Position numbers and translations under genes: made by a program | From: Terriglobia bacterium | GTDB lineage: Bacteria; Acidobacteriota; Terriglobia; Acidiferrales; UBA7541 | Direction: 5' to 3' | Assembly: GCA_963695545.1 (NCBI GenBank) | Contig: OY968796.1 | Span: forward strand, 1,696,001-1,760,000 | DNA length: 64,000 bases | The notes under the pieces: generated by a model | What the model was told of the DNA's origin: nothing | Seen by the model: the letters and a program-made list of their open reading frames with translations, nothing else | Database searches by the model: none | Part shown: positions 48,875 to 57,817 of the stretch, piece by piece | How positions within the stretch are numbered: the stretch's first letter is position 1 | Layout of the letters: every line of letters starts with the position of its first letter

Positions 48875-50248
48875 TTGCTTCGGCCGCCGACGCCTCAAGA
48901 CCCACAATTCTCGGGCCTGCAGACCGATCTCTACGAGCTGACCATGGCGGCCGGCTACCGAAAAGCCGGCTTCGACGCGCGAGCCACGTTTGAATTGTTT
49001 GTACGCGGGCTGCCGGCGCGGCGGAATTTTCTGGTGGCGGCGGGACTGGCGCAGGCGCTGACATATCTCGAGCGCATCAATTTCACGGACGATCAAATCG
49101 GGTATCTTCGCCGCCATCCGGTTTTTGCCGGGATCGACGACGACTTTTTCGATTTTCTCGCGAACTTTCGTTTCAGCGGCGACGTGTGGGCCGTTCCCGA
49201 AGGCACGGTGATTTTTCCGGACGAGCCGATTCTTCGCGTGACGGCACCGATCGCCGAAGCGCAGATTGTCGAAACGTATCTTCTTTCCGCGATTCATTTC
49301 CAAACATTGATCGCGAGCAAAGCAGCGCGGGTGGTGACTGCGGCGCAAGGGTGCCGCGTGGTGGAATTCGGCACGCGGCGCGCGCACGGCCCCGAAGCCG
49401 GCGTGCTGGCCGCGCGGGCCGCGTTCATCGGCGGATGCCGCGGGACATCGAACGTGGCGGCGGGCTATCGCTTCGGGATTCCGACATTCGGCACGCAGGC
49501 ACACTCATGGATCATGGCTTTTGAAGATGAGAAGGAAGCGTTCGGGCGGTTTCTGGATATCTTTCCGAAAAACGCGGTGCTGCTGCTGGACACTTACGAC
49601 GTGCACGCGGCGCTGGAGACGATTCTCGCGATGGGGCGAAAGCCGCGCGGCGTGCGTCTCGATAGTGGCGACGTCGCGGCGCAAAGCGTGTGGATTCGCC
49701 GGCGGCTCGATGGGGCGGGCTGGAGCGACGTGGAGATCTTCGCATCGGGCGATCTGGACGAAGATCGCATCGAAGCCGTGCTGGCCGCGGGGGCGCGCTT
49801 GAACTCGTTCGGCGTGGGAACGGCACTGGCGACTTCGATCGACGCGCCGGCGCTGAGCGTGATCTACAAATTGGTAGAGCTCGAAACCGGCGGCACGGTG
49901 CGCGAGGCGGCTAAGTTCAGCGCGGCCAAGGTCACGTATCCGGGGAAGAAGCAAGTCTTCCGGCGCTCCGATGCGCGCGGCAAATTCTCCGAAGACGTGA
50001 TCGCGCTCGAAGGCGAAAAAGTTCCCGGCGCAGAGCCGCTGCTCGAGCCGGTGTTGCGAGCCGGGCGTTTAATCGCGCCGGCGACTGAACTCGCGGCGGC
50101 GCAGCAGCGTTGCCTTGAACAAGTAGCGCGATTGCCAGATGCGGTGCGCGGTTTGGCGCCGTGCCCCGCGTATCCTGTGCGTCACAGCGAGCGCCTGGTG
50201 GAATTGCTGGACGAAGTGCGGCGGAGGGTGGAGCGCGCCGCGCGCTAG
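48875..50248 (+). CDS. pncB: Nicotinate phosphoribosyltransferase
   Basis: TDLYELTM, EFGTRRAH, GTQAHSW, LDTYD, RLDSGD, FGVGT; GGAGGA before TTG 48875. Confidence 0.93.
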   Translation: MLRPPTPQDPQFSGLQTDLYELTMAAGYRKAGFDARATFELFVRGLPARRNFLVAAGLAQALTYLERINFTDDQIGYLRRHPVFAGIDDDFFDFLANFRFSGDVWAVPEGTVIFPDEPILRVTAPIAEAQIVETYLLSAIHFQTLIASKAARVVTAAQGCRVVEFGTRRAHGPEAGVLAARAAFIGGCRGTSNVAAGYRFGIPTFGTQAHSWIMAFEDEKEAFGRFLDIFPKNAVLLLDTYDVHAALETILAMGRKPRGVRLDSGDVAAQSVWIRRRLDGAGWSDVEIFASGDLDEDRIEAVLAAGARLNSFGVGTALATSIDAPALSVIYKLVELETGGTVREAAKFSAAKVTYPGKKQVFRRSDARGKFSEDVIALEGEKVPGAEPLLEPVLRAGRLIAPATELAAAQQRCLEQVARLPDAVRGLAPCPAYPVRHSERLVELLDEVRRRVERAAR

Positions 50249-50324
50249 ATGCGCGGATGATCGACGCGAATCTCCGCTCCCAATCAAGAATCTCCGCGCC
50301 CAAATAAACAATCGAATAGAGGAA

Positions 50325-50960
50325 ATGGTTTCGCGCAAATTCATCTTCTGGGATGTGGACACGCAGGCAGATTTTGTTTTGCCCGGAGGAAAACTATACG
50401 TGCCGGGCGCGGAAAAACTTCTGCCGAATATGGAGTTGCTGGCCGGCGCGGCGCGCGAAGGGCGCGTGTTTTTGGTCTCGAGCGGCGACGCGCACACGCC
50501 CGAGGATCCGGAACTTCGCGAGTGGCCGCCGCATTGCATGCGCGGAACACCGGGCGCTGCGATTGTGCCGCAGACGCTGACGCAACATTATTTTGTGGTG
50601 CCGAATCGACCGGCGGCCGCGCTGCCGGCGGATCTAGGCCGCTATCAGCAGGCCATTCTCGAAAAGCAAACGCTGAATGTTTTCGACAATCCGAACATGG
50701 ACGCGGTGCTCGCGCGCCTTAACGAGTTGACCGACGCCGATGCGGAATTCGTCGTATTCGGCGTGGTCACGGAATACTGCGTGAAGTTCGCGGCGAAGGG
50801 ATTGCTTGAGCGCGGGCGCCGCGTGGCGATCGTGACGGACGCGATCGAGGCGCTAAAACCGGAAGACGGGCGTCGCACGCTTGCGGAACTCACCGCTCTA
50901 GGCGCGCGGTTGATCACGACGCGCGATGCGCTCGCGTTGCTCGACAAGACTCCGCAGTGA
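50325..50960 (+). CDS. pncA: Nicotinamidase (isochorismatase family)
   Basis: DVDTQADF, D.H, WPPHC, EK, GVVTEYCV; adjacent to pncB. Confidence 0.85.
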   Translation: MVSRKFIFWDVDTQADFVLPGGKLYVPGAEKLLPNMELLAGAAREGRVFLVSSGDAHTPEDPELREWPPHCMRGTPGAAIVPQTLTQHYFVVPNRPAAALPADLGRYQQAILEKQTLNVFDNPNMDAVLARLNELTDADAEFVVFGVVTEYCVKFAAKGLLERGRRVAIVTDAIEALKPEDGRRTLAELTALGARLITTRDALALLDKTPQ

Positions 50961-50993
50961 ACCGCCGCGACGCGTAATTCGATTTGCAATCGA

Positions 50994-51755
50994 CTAAGGC
51001 GCGAGAGTTTTTGTGAAAAAAGCGAGCGTGCGATTCCAGGCGTCCGCGGCGTCGTCGGGACGGTAATGATCGGCGTCGGCGGGATCGTCGAATCCGTCGC
51101 TTGCGCCGGGATACGCTTTCAGATCCGATGATTCGCCGGCGGCCTGCATAGCGCTTTGAAACGCGCCCAGCGCCGCCGCAGGAATTCCGCGGTCGTCCGC
51201 ACCGAAATTGCCTAATACCGGCGCACGAATGCGCGCGATGTCGGATCGGTCGGTGGGCAACGCGCTGTCGTTCACGACGCACGCGGCGAGATTTGATTCG
51301 TGAATCGCGAGTTGCAGCGTGTACCAGCCGCCCATATTCCAACCGATCGCGCCGATTCTTGTCTTGCGCACATCTGGCCGCGCGGCAAGATACGTGAATG
51401 CAGCTTCGAGATCGCGCAGCGCACGATCATCCGGCAGGCCGCGCATCAGTTCGTGCGCGTCTTCGGTATCGCGCGCGATTTGGCCGCGATAGAGGTCCAC
51501 GGCGAGCACGAGGTAGCCGCGCGCGGCGAGCTTGCGCGCTTGATCCTTCGTCCAATCGTTCAGTCCGTGATCTCCGTGAACGACGATGATCGCCGGGCGG
51601 CGGCCGAGTTTGGCTGGCAACGCAAGAAAGCCGCGAACAGTCTCCTGGCCGCTTGGGTAGGAGACGATTTGCGTACGTACGGTCGCCGCAGGCACAGGTG
51701 CGGCCACGAGCGCGAGGGAAATTCCAAACGCCACGATTCTGGCGAGTGCGCCCAT
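50994..51755 (-). CDS. Dienelactone-hydrolase family paralogue lacking catalytic Cys/His
   Basis: Signal peptide; GWNMGG and GASDGF in place of GWCMGG and GAGHAF. Confidence 0.85.
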   Translation of the reverse strand: MGALARIVAFGISLALVAAPVPAATVRTQIVSYPSGQETVRGFLALPAKLGRRPAIIVVHGDHGLNDWTKDQARKLAARGYLVLAVDLYRGQIARDTEDAHELMRGLPDDRALRDLEAAFTYLAARPDVRKTRIGAIGWNMGGWYTLQLAIHESNLAACVVNDSALPTDRSDIARIRAPVLGNFGADDRGIPAAALGAFQSAMQAAGESSDLKAYPGASDGFDDPADADHYRPDDAADAWNRTLAFFTKTLAP

Positions 51756-51771
51756 CGAAATTTTGGCGTCG

Positions 51772-52548
51772 CTACGGCTTGAGCTTCGCGGCAAAAAAGG
51801 CATCGATGCGATTCCAGGCGTCGGCCGCGGCTTCCGGGCGATATCCCGCTGTGTTATTTGGATTCTCGAAGGCGTGGCCCGCGCCGTCGTATTCTTTCGG
51901 ATCGAACGATACGTGCGCCGCCTGGGCCGCTTGCTGGAATTCCTGAACGGCGGCCGGCGTAATTCCCATATCTTCGGCTCCAAAATTGCCGAGGATCGGC
52001 GCGTGAATGGCGGCGATGTCGGCGGGATCGGTCGGCGGGGCGCCGTAATTCACAACGCAAGCCGCGAGCGTGGGCTCGTGGATCGCCACTTGAAACGAAT
52101 ACGTGCCGCCCATGCACCAGCCGACTGAGCCGATCCGGGCCGGGTCCACGTCAGGGCGCGCGGCGAGATAAGAGAACGCGGCCTCGAGATCGCGCACGGC
52201 GCGGTCTTTCGGCAAAGCGCGCATCAATTCTTGCGCGTCGCCGGGCGTGGTGGCGACGCCGCCGCGATAAAGATCGACGGCCAGCGCGACGTAGCCTTGG
52301 TTGGCGAATTTTTGCGCGTTCTGCTTGATCCAATCGTTCAATCCCCAATATTCGTGAATCACGATGATGGCCGGATGGCGGCCTCCGGAAGCGGGCAGCG
52401 CAAGAAAAGCTTTCACGGTCTCGTCGCCGCTTTGATACTGGACGATTTGAGATGTCGGCACCGGCGCTGCCAGCAGCACGCCAATGCTTGCGAGAACTAC
52501 CAGCGCTATAAGCGCGCGCGACCTCGGCGATTGCATGATGTGCATCAT
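51772..52548 (-). CDS. Secreted dienelactone-hydrolase family protein
   Basis: HEYWG, GWCMGG, GAED, GAGHAF. Confidence 0.92.
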   Translation of the reverse strand: MMHIMQSPRSRALIALVVLASIGVLLAAPVPTSQIVQYQSGDETVKAFLALPASGGRHPAIIVIHEYWGLNDWIKQNAQKFANQGYVALAVDLYRGGVATTPGDAQELMRALPKDRAVRDLEAAFSYLAARPDVDPARIGSVGWCMGGTYSFQVAIHEPTLAACVVNYGAPPTDPADIAAIHAPILGNFGAEDMGITPAAVQEFQQAAQAAHVSFDPKEYDGAGHAFENPNNTAGYRPEAAADAWNRIDAFFAAKLKP

Positions 52549-52630
52549 GATCGTTTCTCCTGTGCGGGAATCCGGGCCGGGCGTTCCGGTTCTGGCACGG
52601 TCGGAATTCTATCTCGACGGAGGCGCGCTG

Positions 52631-53908
52631 TCATTTGGTCGTCGCCGTTGCCGCACCAGGGCGCGCGACGATGTTGTAAATCCAGAGCAGCAGCGTGGTA
52701 GCCAGGCCAATGGCCGCGAAAACCCACCACACGCGTTGCGGCTGGTGCGCGACCTCACCGAAATAATGCACCAGGCGTCCGCCCATGGCTCCAGCGATCA
52801 CGAAGCCGATGGCGATGGGCAAGAACGCAAAGCCCATATACGTGCCTTGCTGACCGGGCGGCGCGAGGCGCGAGATATATTCGTAGAAGCGCGCGGCCTG
52901 AATGGTCTCGCCGATGGCGACAACAATTAGAGTTGCCACGGCCGCGGCCACACTCGCGTGCGATGCGAGGATCAACCACGCCGCTCCTGAGATGAGCACG
53001 CCCAGCGCCATCGCCGGAAACGCCGGAATCCAGCGCGTCAAATACGTCATCGGCACTTGCAAGCAAATCACGGTCAGCGCGTCGGTGGCCAGAATGCGCT
53101 CGACGTTGGCGTGGGCATTGACGTAGGAATGTAAATAGAGAGGAAGCGCGATGTACTGCTGCCAGAACGCAATCCAGAACCCGGAAAAGATCAGCAGGAA
53201 CGCGAGAATCCTAAAATTGCTGATGATGCTCCAGAAATTCCGGAAGACCGCGCCAAGATTCGCCGTGCGACTCTCACTCGCGGCCTCAGGATCCTTGAAA
53301 AAAAAGACCACCAGAAAAACCATCAGAAAAACAGCCAGTGCCGCGAAGCGGAAGACTGACGGAATGCCCCAGTGTTCATGGACCACCGACGCGACAAGCG
53401 GCCCTAGCGCGCCGCCGATGTTCACGAGTGTGTAGTAAATCGAATAGCCGATCGAGCGAACATTTTCTTTCGACGCGCGCGCCGTCGTGCCGACTACGGA
53501 TGGCTTCACGATTGCCGGACCCAGCGCCGGGACCAGTAGAACGAGCAGCACCAGCCGTTCGAGTGGCATGGCGTGGGCCACGGGGGCCATCCACGGCGAT
53601 CCGAGCGAGCCGAGGAGAAAATAGCCGATGGAGAGGACCAGATACGCGAGCGAGAGCGCGCGGCGGAAACCGATAGCATCAGCGAGCGCGCCGCCGAGGA
53701 TTGGCAGGAACCACACGATCCCGCCGAAATATCCGATCAGGTCGCCGGTTTGCGCGTCGCTGAAGCGCAGCGTTTCGTGCAAATAAATCGCGAGAACCGC
53801 CTGCACGCCGTAGTAGGCCAGGCGTTCGAATAATTCGGAGACGTTTGCGACCCAAAAGGCCGGCGCGAATCCTTCGCGAATTTCACGAATGCGTTGACTG
53901 GCGCTCAC
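52631..53908 (-). CDS. MFS transporter, POT/PTR-like
   Basis: ELFERLAYYG (ExxER), GGALAD, YYTLVNIG, about 12 TMs. Confidence 0.88.
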   Translation of the reverse strand: MSASQRIREIREGFAPAFWVANVSELFERLAYYGVQAVLAIYLHETLRFSDAQTGDLIGYFGGIVWFLPILGGALADAIGFRRALSLAYLVLSIGYFLLGSLGSPWMAPVAHAMPLERLVLLVLLVPALGPAIVKPSVVGTTARASKENVRSIGYSIYYTLVNIGGALGPLVASVVHEHWGIPSVFRFAALAVFLMVFLVVFFFKDPEAASESRTANLGAVFRNFWSIISNFRILAFLLIFSGFWIAFWQQYIALPLYLHSYVNAHANVERILATDALTVICLQVPMTYLTRWIPAFPAMALGVLISGAAWLILASHASVAAAVATLIVVAIGETIQAARFYEYISRLAPPGQQGTYMGFAFLPIAIGFVIAGAMGGRLVHYFGEVAHQPQRVWWVFAAIGLATTLLLWIYNIVARPGAATATTK

Positions 53909-54108
53909 GCCGCTCTCCCTTGCCGAAAATGCGCGCTTGCCGTGCGCGGCACGGCCGCGATTGTAGCGCGCCGGCATCGCGCGCGGCGAGCGCCGTGGCT
54001 TGCGGAGATCGCTCATCCATCGCGGCGGCGTGGTCGAACGCGCACGATCCGCCGTTGCACCCTGCGCATCTCGCCTATAGAATTCGGCGCATCACTGGAG
54101 GAATCGCC

Positions 54109-55143
54109 GTGACTGAGTCCGCTCGAGCAAAAATTCCAGCAGTGCCGCCACATGTCCAGTTGATCCAGATGGCCAGCGCGCATTGGGTTCCGCGCCTTCT
54201 GAATGTGGCTGCGCAATTGAATCTGGCGGATCACCTGGCTCGCGGGCCCAGGACTGCCGACGACCTCGCTCAATCAACCGCAACACATGCACCGTCGCTT
54301 TACCGCCTAATGAGGACGCTCGCGAGTATCGGAGTATTTACGGAGGATGCGGCGCACCGCTTTTCACTGACGCCGCTGGGCGAGGCGCTCAAGAGCGACG
54401 CACCGGGCTCGGCGCGAGCGACGATCCTGACATTGGCGGGCGGCCACCAGATGCGCGCCGCGGACGAACTGCTCTATTCAGTGCAGACCGGGAAAACCGG
54501 ATTCGAGAAAGCATTTGGCATGCCCATATTTGACTGGTTTGCGAAAAACCAGGATCAAGCATCGCTTTTCAGCGAGACCATGGTAGGCGTTCACGGACAA
54601 GAACCCGCTGCCGTCGCCGCGGCTTACGACTTTTCTGAATTTGCGACGGTCATCGACGTGGGCGGCGCGACCGGCAATCTTCTCTGCGCGATTCTCGGGC
54701 AGCATCGCGCGCCTCGCGGCGTGCTCTTCGATATGCCGCATGTGGTTCGCGATGCGCCGGCGCTGATTGAATCTCGCGGAGTGGCCGACCGCGTTGCGAT
54801 CGAAACCGGAAGTTTCTTCCAGCACGTCCCCGGCGGCGGCGACGCGTATCTGCTTTCGCACATCATCCACGATTGGAGCGAGGAACAGTGCCTGACCATC
54901 CTCGGCAATTGTCGCCGCGCGATGAAACCCACCAGCCGATTGCTGATCGTCGAGACAGTGATTCCCGCCGGTGACGCGCCGCACGCCAGCAAAATGTTCG
55001 ACATCGTCATGCTTGTCGTGCCGGGCGGACAGGAACGCTCTGAGGCAGAGTATCGCGATTTGCTGGGCAAAGCGGGGTTCCGGCTGAATCGTGTGGTGCC
55101 GACCGAATCGGTGGTGAGCGTCGTCGAGGCTTTCCCCGCTTGA
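54109..55143 (+). CDS. SAM-dependent O-methyltransferase (dimerisation + Methyltransf_2)
   Basis: DVGGATG, GSFF, SHIIHDW, GGQERS; GGAGG RBS. Confidence 0.92.
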   Translation: MTESARAKIPAVPPHVQLIQMASAHWVPRLLNVAAQLNLADHLARGPRTADDLAQSTATHAPSLYRLMRTLASIGVFTEDAAHRFSLTPLGEALKSDAPGSARATILTLAGGHQMRAADELLYSVQTGKTGFEKAFGMPIFDWFAKNQDQASLFSETMVGVHGQEPAAVAAAYDFSEFATVIDVGGATGNLLCAILGQHRAPRGVLFDMPHVVRDAPALIESRGVADRVAIETGSFFQHVPGGGDAYLLSHIIHDWSEEQCLTILGNCRRAMKPTSRLLIVETVIPAGDAPHASKMFDIVMLVVPGGQERSEAEYRDLLGKAGFRLNRVVPTESVVSVVEAFPA

Positions 55144-55276
55144 TGTGAATTGAACAATTCCTGATCAACGCGCTCACCGGAAGCTGACTCACTCATTGGC
55201 GCGCACTTCGCGCATTCTCCGTGTGCTACGATTTTGTAGGCGCTCGCCGGCAGCGTGCGCAGCGGGAGGCATTTCG

Positions 55277-56482
55277 ATGAGTGCCGAAAATCGACCTCAG
55301 CTTTCCTTTTTGCGCGAACAGCTCGCGGAGATCGAAGCGAAGGGCTTGCATTCGCGGCAGCGCGTACTCGATGGCGAGCAACTGCCGCTCGCCGATTTCG
55401 ACGGCAAGGAAGTGATCAACCTCAGCTCGAACAATTATCTGGGTCTCGCGACGCACAAGGCGCTGCGGCGCGCGGCGATTGACGCGATCCGGCGCTGGGG
55501 CGTCGGCGCGGGAGCGGTGCGGCCGATCGCGGGCACGATGCGGCTGCACGTGGAGCTGGAAGAGCAGATCGCGCGCTTCAAGGGTACGGCAGCATGCGTT
55601 GTTTTCCAATCGGGCTTCACGGCCAACGCGGGGACGGTGGCCGCGCTTCTTGGCAAGGACGATCTGATCATTTCCGACGAGCTGAACCACGCTTCGATCA
55701 TCGATGGTTGCCGGCTCTCGAAAGCCGCGATTCAGGTTTACAAACACACTGATGTTGCCGACTGCGAGCGCGTCTGCCGCGAAACGTCCGCGCGCGCCGG
55801 GCGAAAATTGCTGATCACCGACGGCGTGTTCTCGATGGATGGAGACGTCGCGCCGCTGCCCGCGCTGTGCGATCTGGCGGAAAAATACAATTGCATCATG
55901 ATGGTGGACGACGCGCATGCTTCCGGCGTGTTCGGCCGCAATGGACGCGGGACGGTGGATCACTTCGGGTGCCACGGCCGCGTGGATATCGAGGTCGGCA
56001 CGCTCAGCAAGGCAGTCGGCGCGATGGGCGGCTACGTGTGCGGATCGGCCGACCTGATCGATTTTCTTCGCCAGCGCGCGCGGCCGTTTTTATTTTCGAC
56101 CGGGCATCCGCCGTCGGTCGTGGCCACGTGCCAGGCGGCGTTCACGCTGCTGGATTCAGCGGAAGGCGAGCGTCTGATTCGGAAATTGTGGTCGAATACG
56201 AAATTTTTTCAGCGGCGCTTGCGCAAGCTGGGTTTCTCGACGGGCAAAACGCAATCGCCAATCACGCCGATTCACGTGGGCGAGGCGGCCAAGGCGCAGG
56301 AATTTTCGCGGAAGCTTTACGATGCCGGTGTTTTCATTTCCGCGGTCGGGTATCCGACTGTTCCCGAAGGCAAGGCGCGCCTGCGAGCCATAGTGACGGC
56401 CACGCACAAACGAGCCGATCTCGAGCGGGCGACGGAAATACTGGCGGAAGTTGGCCGGGGTCTCGGGATCGTCACGAACTGA
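55277..56482 (+). CDS. PLP-dependent alpha-oxoamine synthase (Kbl/BioF family)
   Basis: SNNYLGL, DELNHASIIDG, DGVFSMDGD, DDAH, GTLSKA. Confidence 0.92.
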   Translation: MSAENRPQLSFLREQLAEIEAKGLHSRQRVLDGEQLPLADFDGKEVINLSSNNYLGLATHKALRRAAIDAIRRWGVGAGAVRPIAGTMRLHVELEEQIARFKGTAACVVFQSGFTANAGTVAALLGKDDLIISDELNHASIIDGCRLSKAAIQVYKHTDVADCERVCRETSARAGRKLLITDGVFSMDGDVAPLPALCDLAEKYNCIMMVDDAHASGVFGRNGRGTVDHFGCHGRVDIEVGTLSKAVGAMGGYVCGSADLIDFLRQRARPFLFSTGHPPSVVATCQAAFTLLDSAEGERLIRKLWSNTKFFQRRLRKLGFSTGKTQSPITPIHVGEAAKAQEFSRKLYDAGVFISAVGYPTVPEGKARLRAIVTATHKRADLERATEILAEVGRGLGIVTN

Positions 56483-56571
56483 ATTCTGCGAGCAGTTTTT
56501 ACCAGGACGTCACTTTTTACCCCGCCCGGCTGCGGCCCAGTTCCACTCAAGGAAGCTCCTAAGGCATCCTA

Positions 56572-56606
56572 AATCAATAACTTAAGTTTTTGGAATGCCA
56601 ATTGCG
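56572..56606 (+). promoter_or_regulatory. IHF site plus sigma54 -24/-12 promoter
   Basis: AATCAATAACTTA (56572-56584), then TGGAATGCCAATTGC (GG-N10-GC, 56591-56605). Confidence 0.55.
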
Positions 56607-56711
56607 AATCGATACTAAGAAGTCCCGAGGAAGTACGCATTTCCGCAGTTTTGCCGATACGCGGGCATTCGCGCCGGAGGCATCTAAATCGAACAGGGAG
56701 GTTTTCATAGC

Positions 56712-57635
56712 ATGCGAAAAATTCATCTATTGCTGATGGCAGGAATATTTCTCGCCGCGAATGCGTCGGCCCAAGTGTCTGGCAGCGCACAGGCGGGCGC
56801 GCAGTCGGATACGAATTCTTCCACGAGCGTAGGCCGCTCGAGCGTGAACACTGCGACGAGCACGCAAGCGTCGGGCTCGGCTTCCGCGCAAGCCAGCGCC
56901 GGACAAAACAATCTCGAGAGCGGCACGACGTTTCATTCCCGGCTGACGAACTCGCTCGACGCGAAAAGATGCAAGCCGGGCGACAAAGTCGAAGCGCGCA
57001 CAACCGAAGACGTGAAGCAGGACGGCCGCGTTGTGCTGGCGAAGGGCACGCTGATTGAAGGTCACGTGACGCAAGTGCAGGCGCGATCGAAGCAAGATTC
57101 GCAATCAACGATGGGCATCGCCTTCGACCGCGCGGTCCTGCGTGACGGCGAGGCGATACCGCTTCGCGTCGGAATTCAAGCGCTGGCCGAAAGCGAGGCC
57201 GCTGCGCAATCGTCCGTAGGCGAAGATGCGGACATGATGTCCGCGCCGAATATGGGCGGCGGTGCAAGTGCCGCGGCGCACTCTGGTGGCGGATTGGTTG
57301 GAGGGGTAGGGCATGCAACGAGCGGCGCGGTGGGTGGCGCGGCAAGCATGGCGGGAAATGCTACGGGCGCCGTCGGCGGCGTTGCTGGAGATGCGGGTGG
57401 GACCGTCGGATCGACGGTGGGCGGCGCGACGCGCACAACTGCGGACGTGGGCGGCTTTGATGCGGCGGGTCGGCTGACGTCGGAAAGCCAAGGAGTCTTC
57501 GGCCTCCAGGGTCTGCAACTCGCCACTACGGTGGCGAGCAACACGGAAGGCTCGCTGATCGTTTCGTCAACTCGCAACGTTCGTTTGGAAAGCGGAACGC
57601 AGATTCTGCTGCGCGCCACGGGTCAAGCCGAATAG
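56712..57635 (+). CDS. Secreted Gly/Ala/Ser-rich hypothetical protein (TrbI/VirB10-like beta domain)
   Basis: Signal peptide, LDAK.CKPGDKV.A, KGT.IEGHV, FDRA, NVRLESGT; GGGAGG RBS. Confidence 0.75.
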   Translation: MRKIHLLLMAGIFLAANASAQVSGSAQAGAQSDTNSSTSVGRSSVNTATSTQASGSASAQASAGQNNLESGTTFHSRLTNSLDAKRCKPGDKVEARTTEDVKQDGRVVLAKGTLIEGHVTQVQARSKQDSQSTMGIAFDRAVLRDGEAIPLRVGIQALAESEAAAQSSVGEDADMMSAPNMGGGASAAAHSGGGLVGGVGHATSGAVGGAASMAGNATGAVGGVAGDAGGTVGSTVGGATRTTADVGGFDAAGRLTSESQGVFGLQGLQLATTVASNTEGSLIVSSTRNVRLESGTQILLRATGQAE

Positions 57636-57657
57636 CCTTTCCTGGCAATCTTCTATT

Positions 57658-57702
57658 GGCGGGCGGCGCCGATCGTCTCGCGGGCGCCGCCCGCCTGTAT
57701 TT
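57658..57702 (+). terminator. Intrinsic-terminator-like hairpin
   Basis: 13-bp stem GGCGGGCGGCGCC/GGCGCCGCCCGCC followed by TGTATTT. Confidence 0.7.
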
Positions 57703-57817
57703 CCCGCTGTTTCTTATTCATCCCGTCCGTAGGTACAGGGAGAACTCTTTGCTCAACCTCGCCTCACTCGGAGATTTTGCGGGCGGTCCATTGTGCTAGT
57801 TTGATGGACAGGGCGAA

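Noticed and set aside
48714..48875. NAD+-I (nadA motif) riboswitch upstream of pncB
   Set aside because: No recognisable match by eye; only a terminator is supported.
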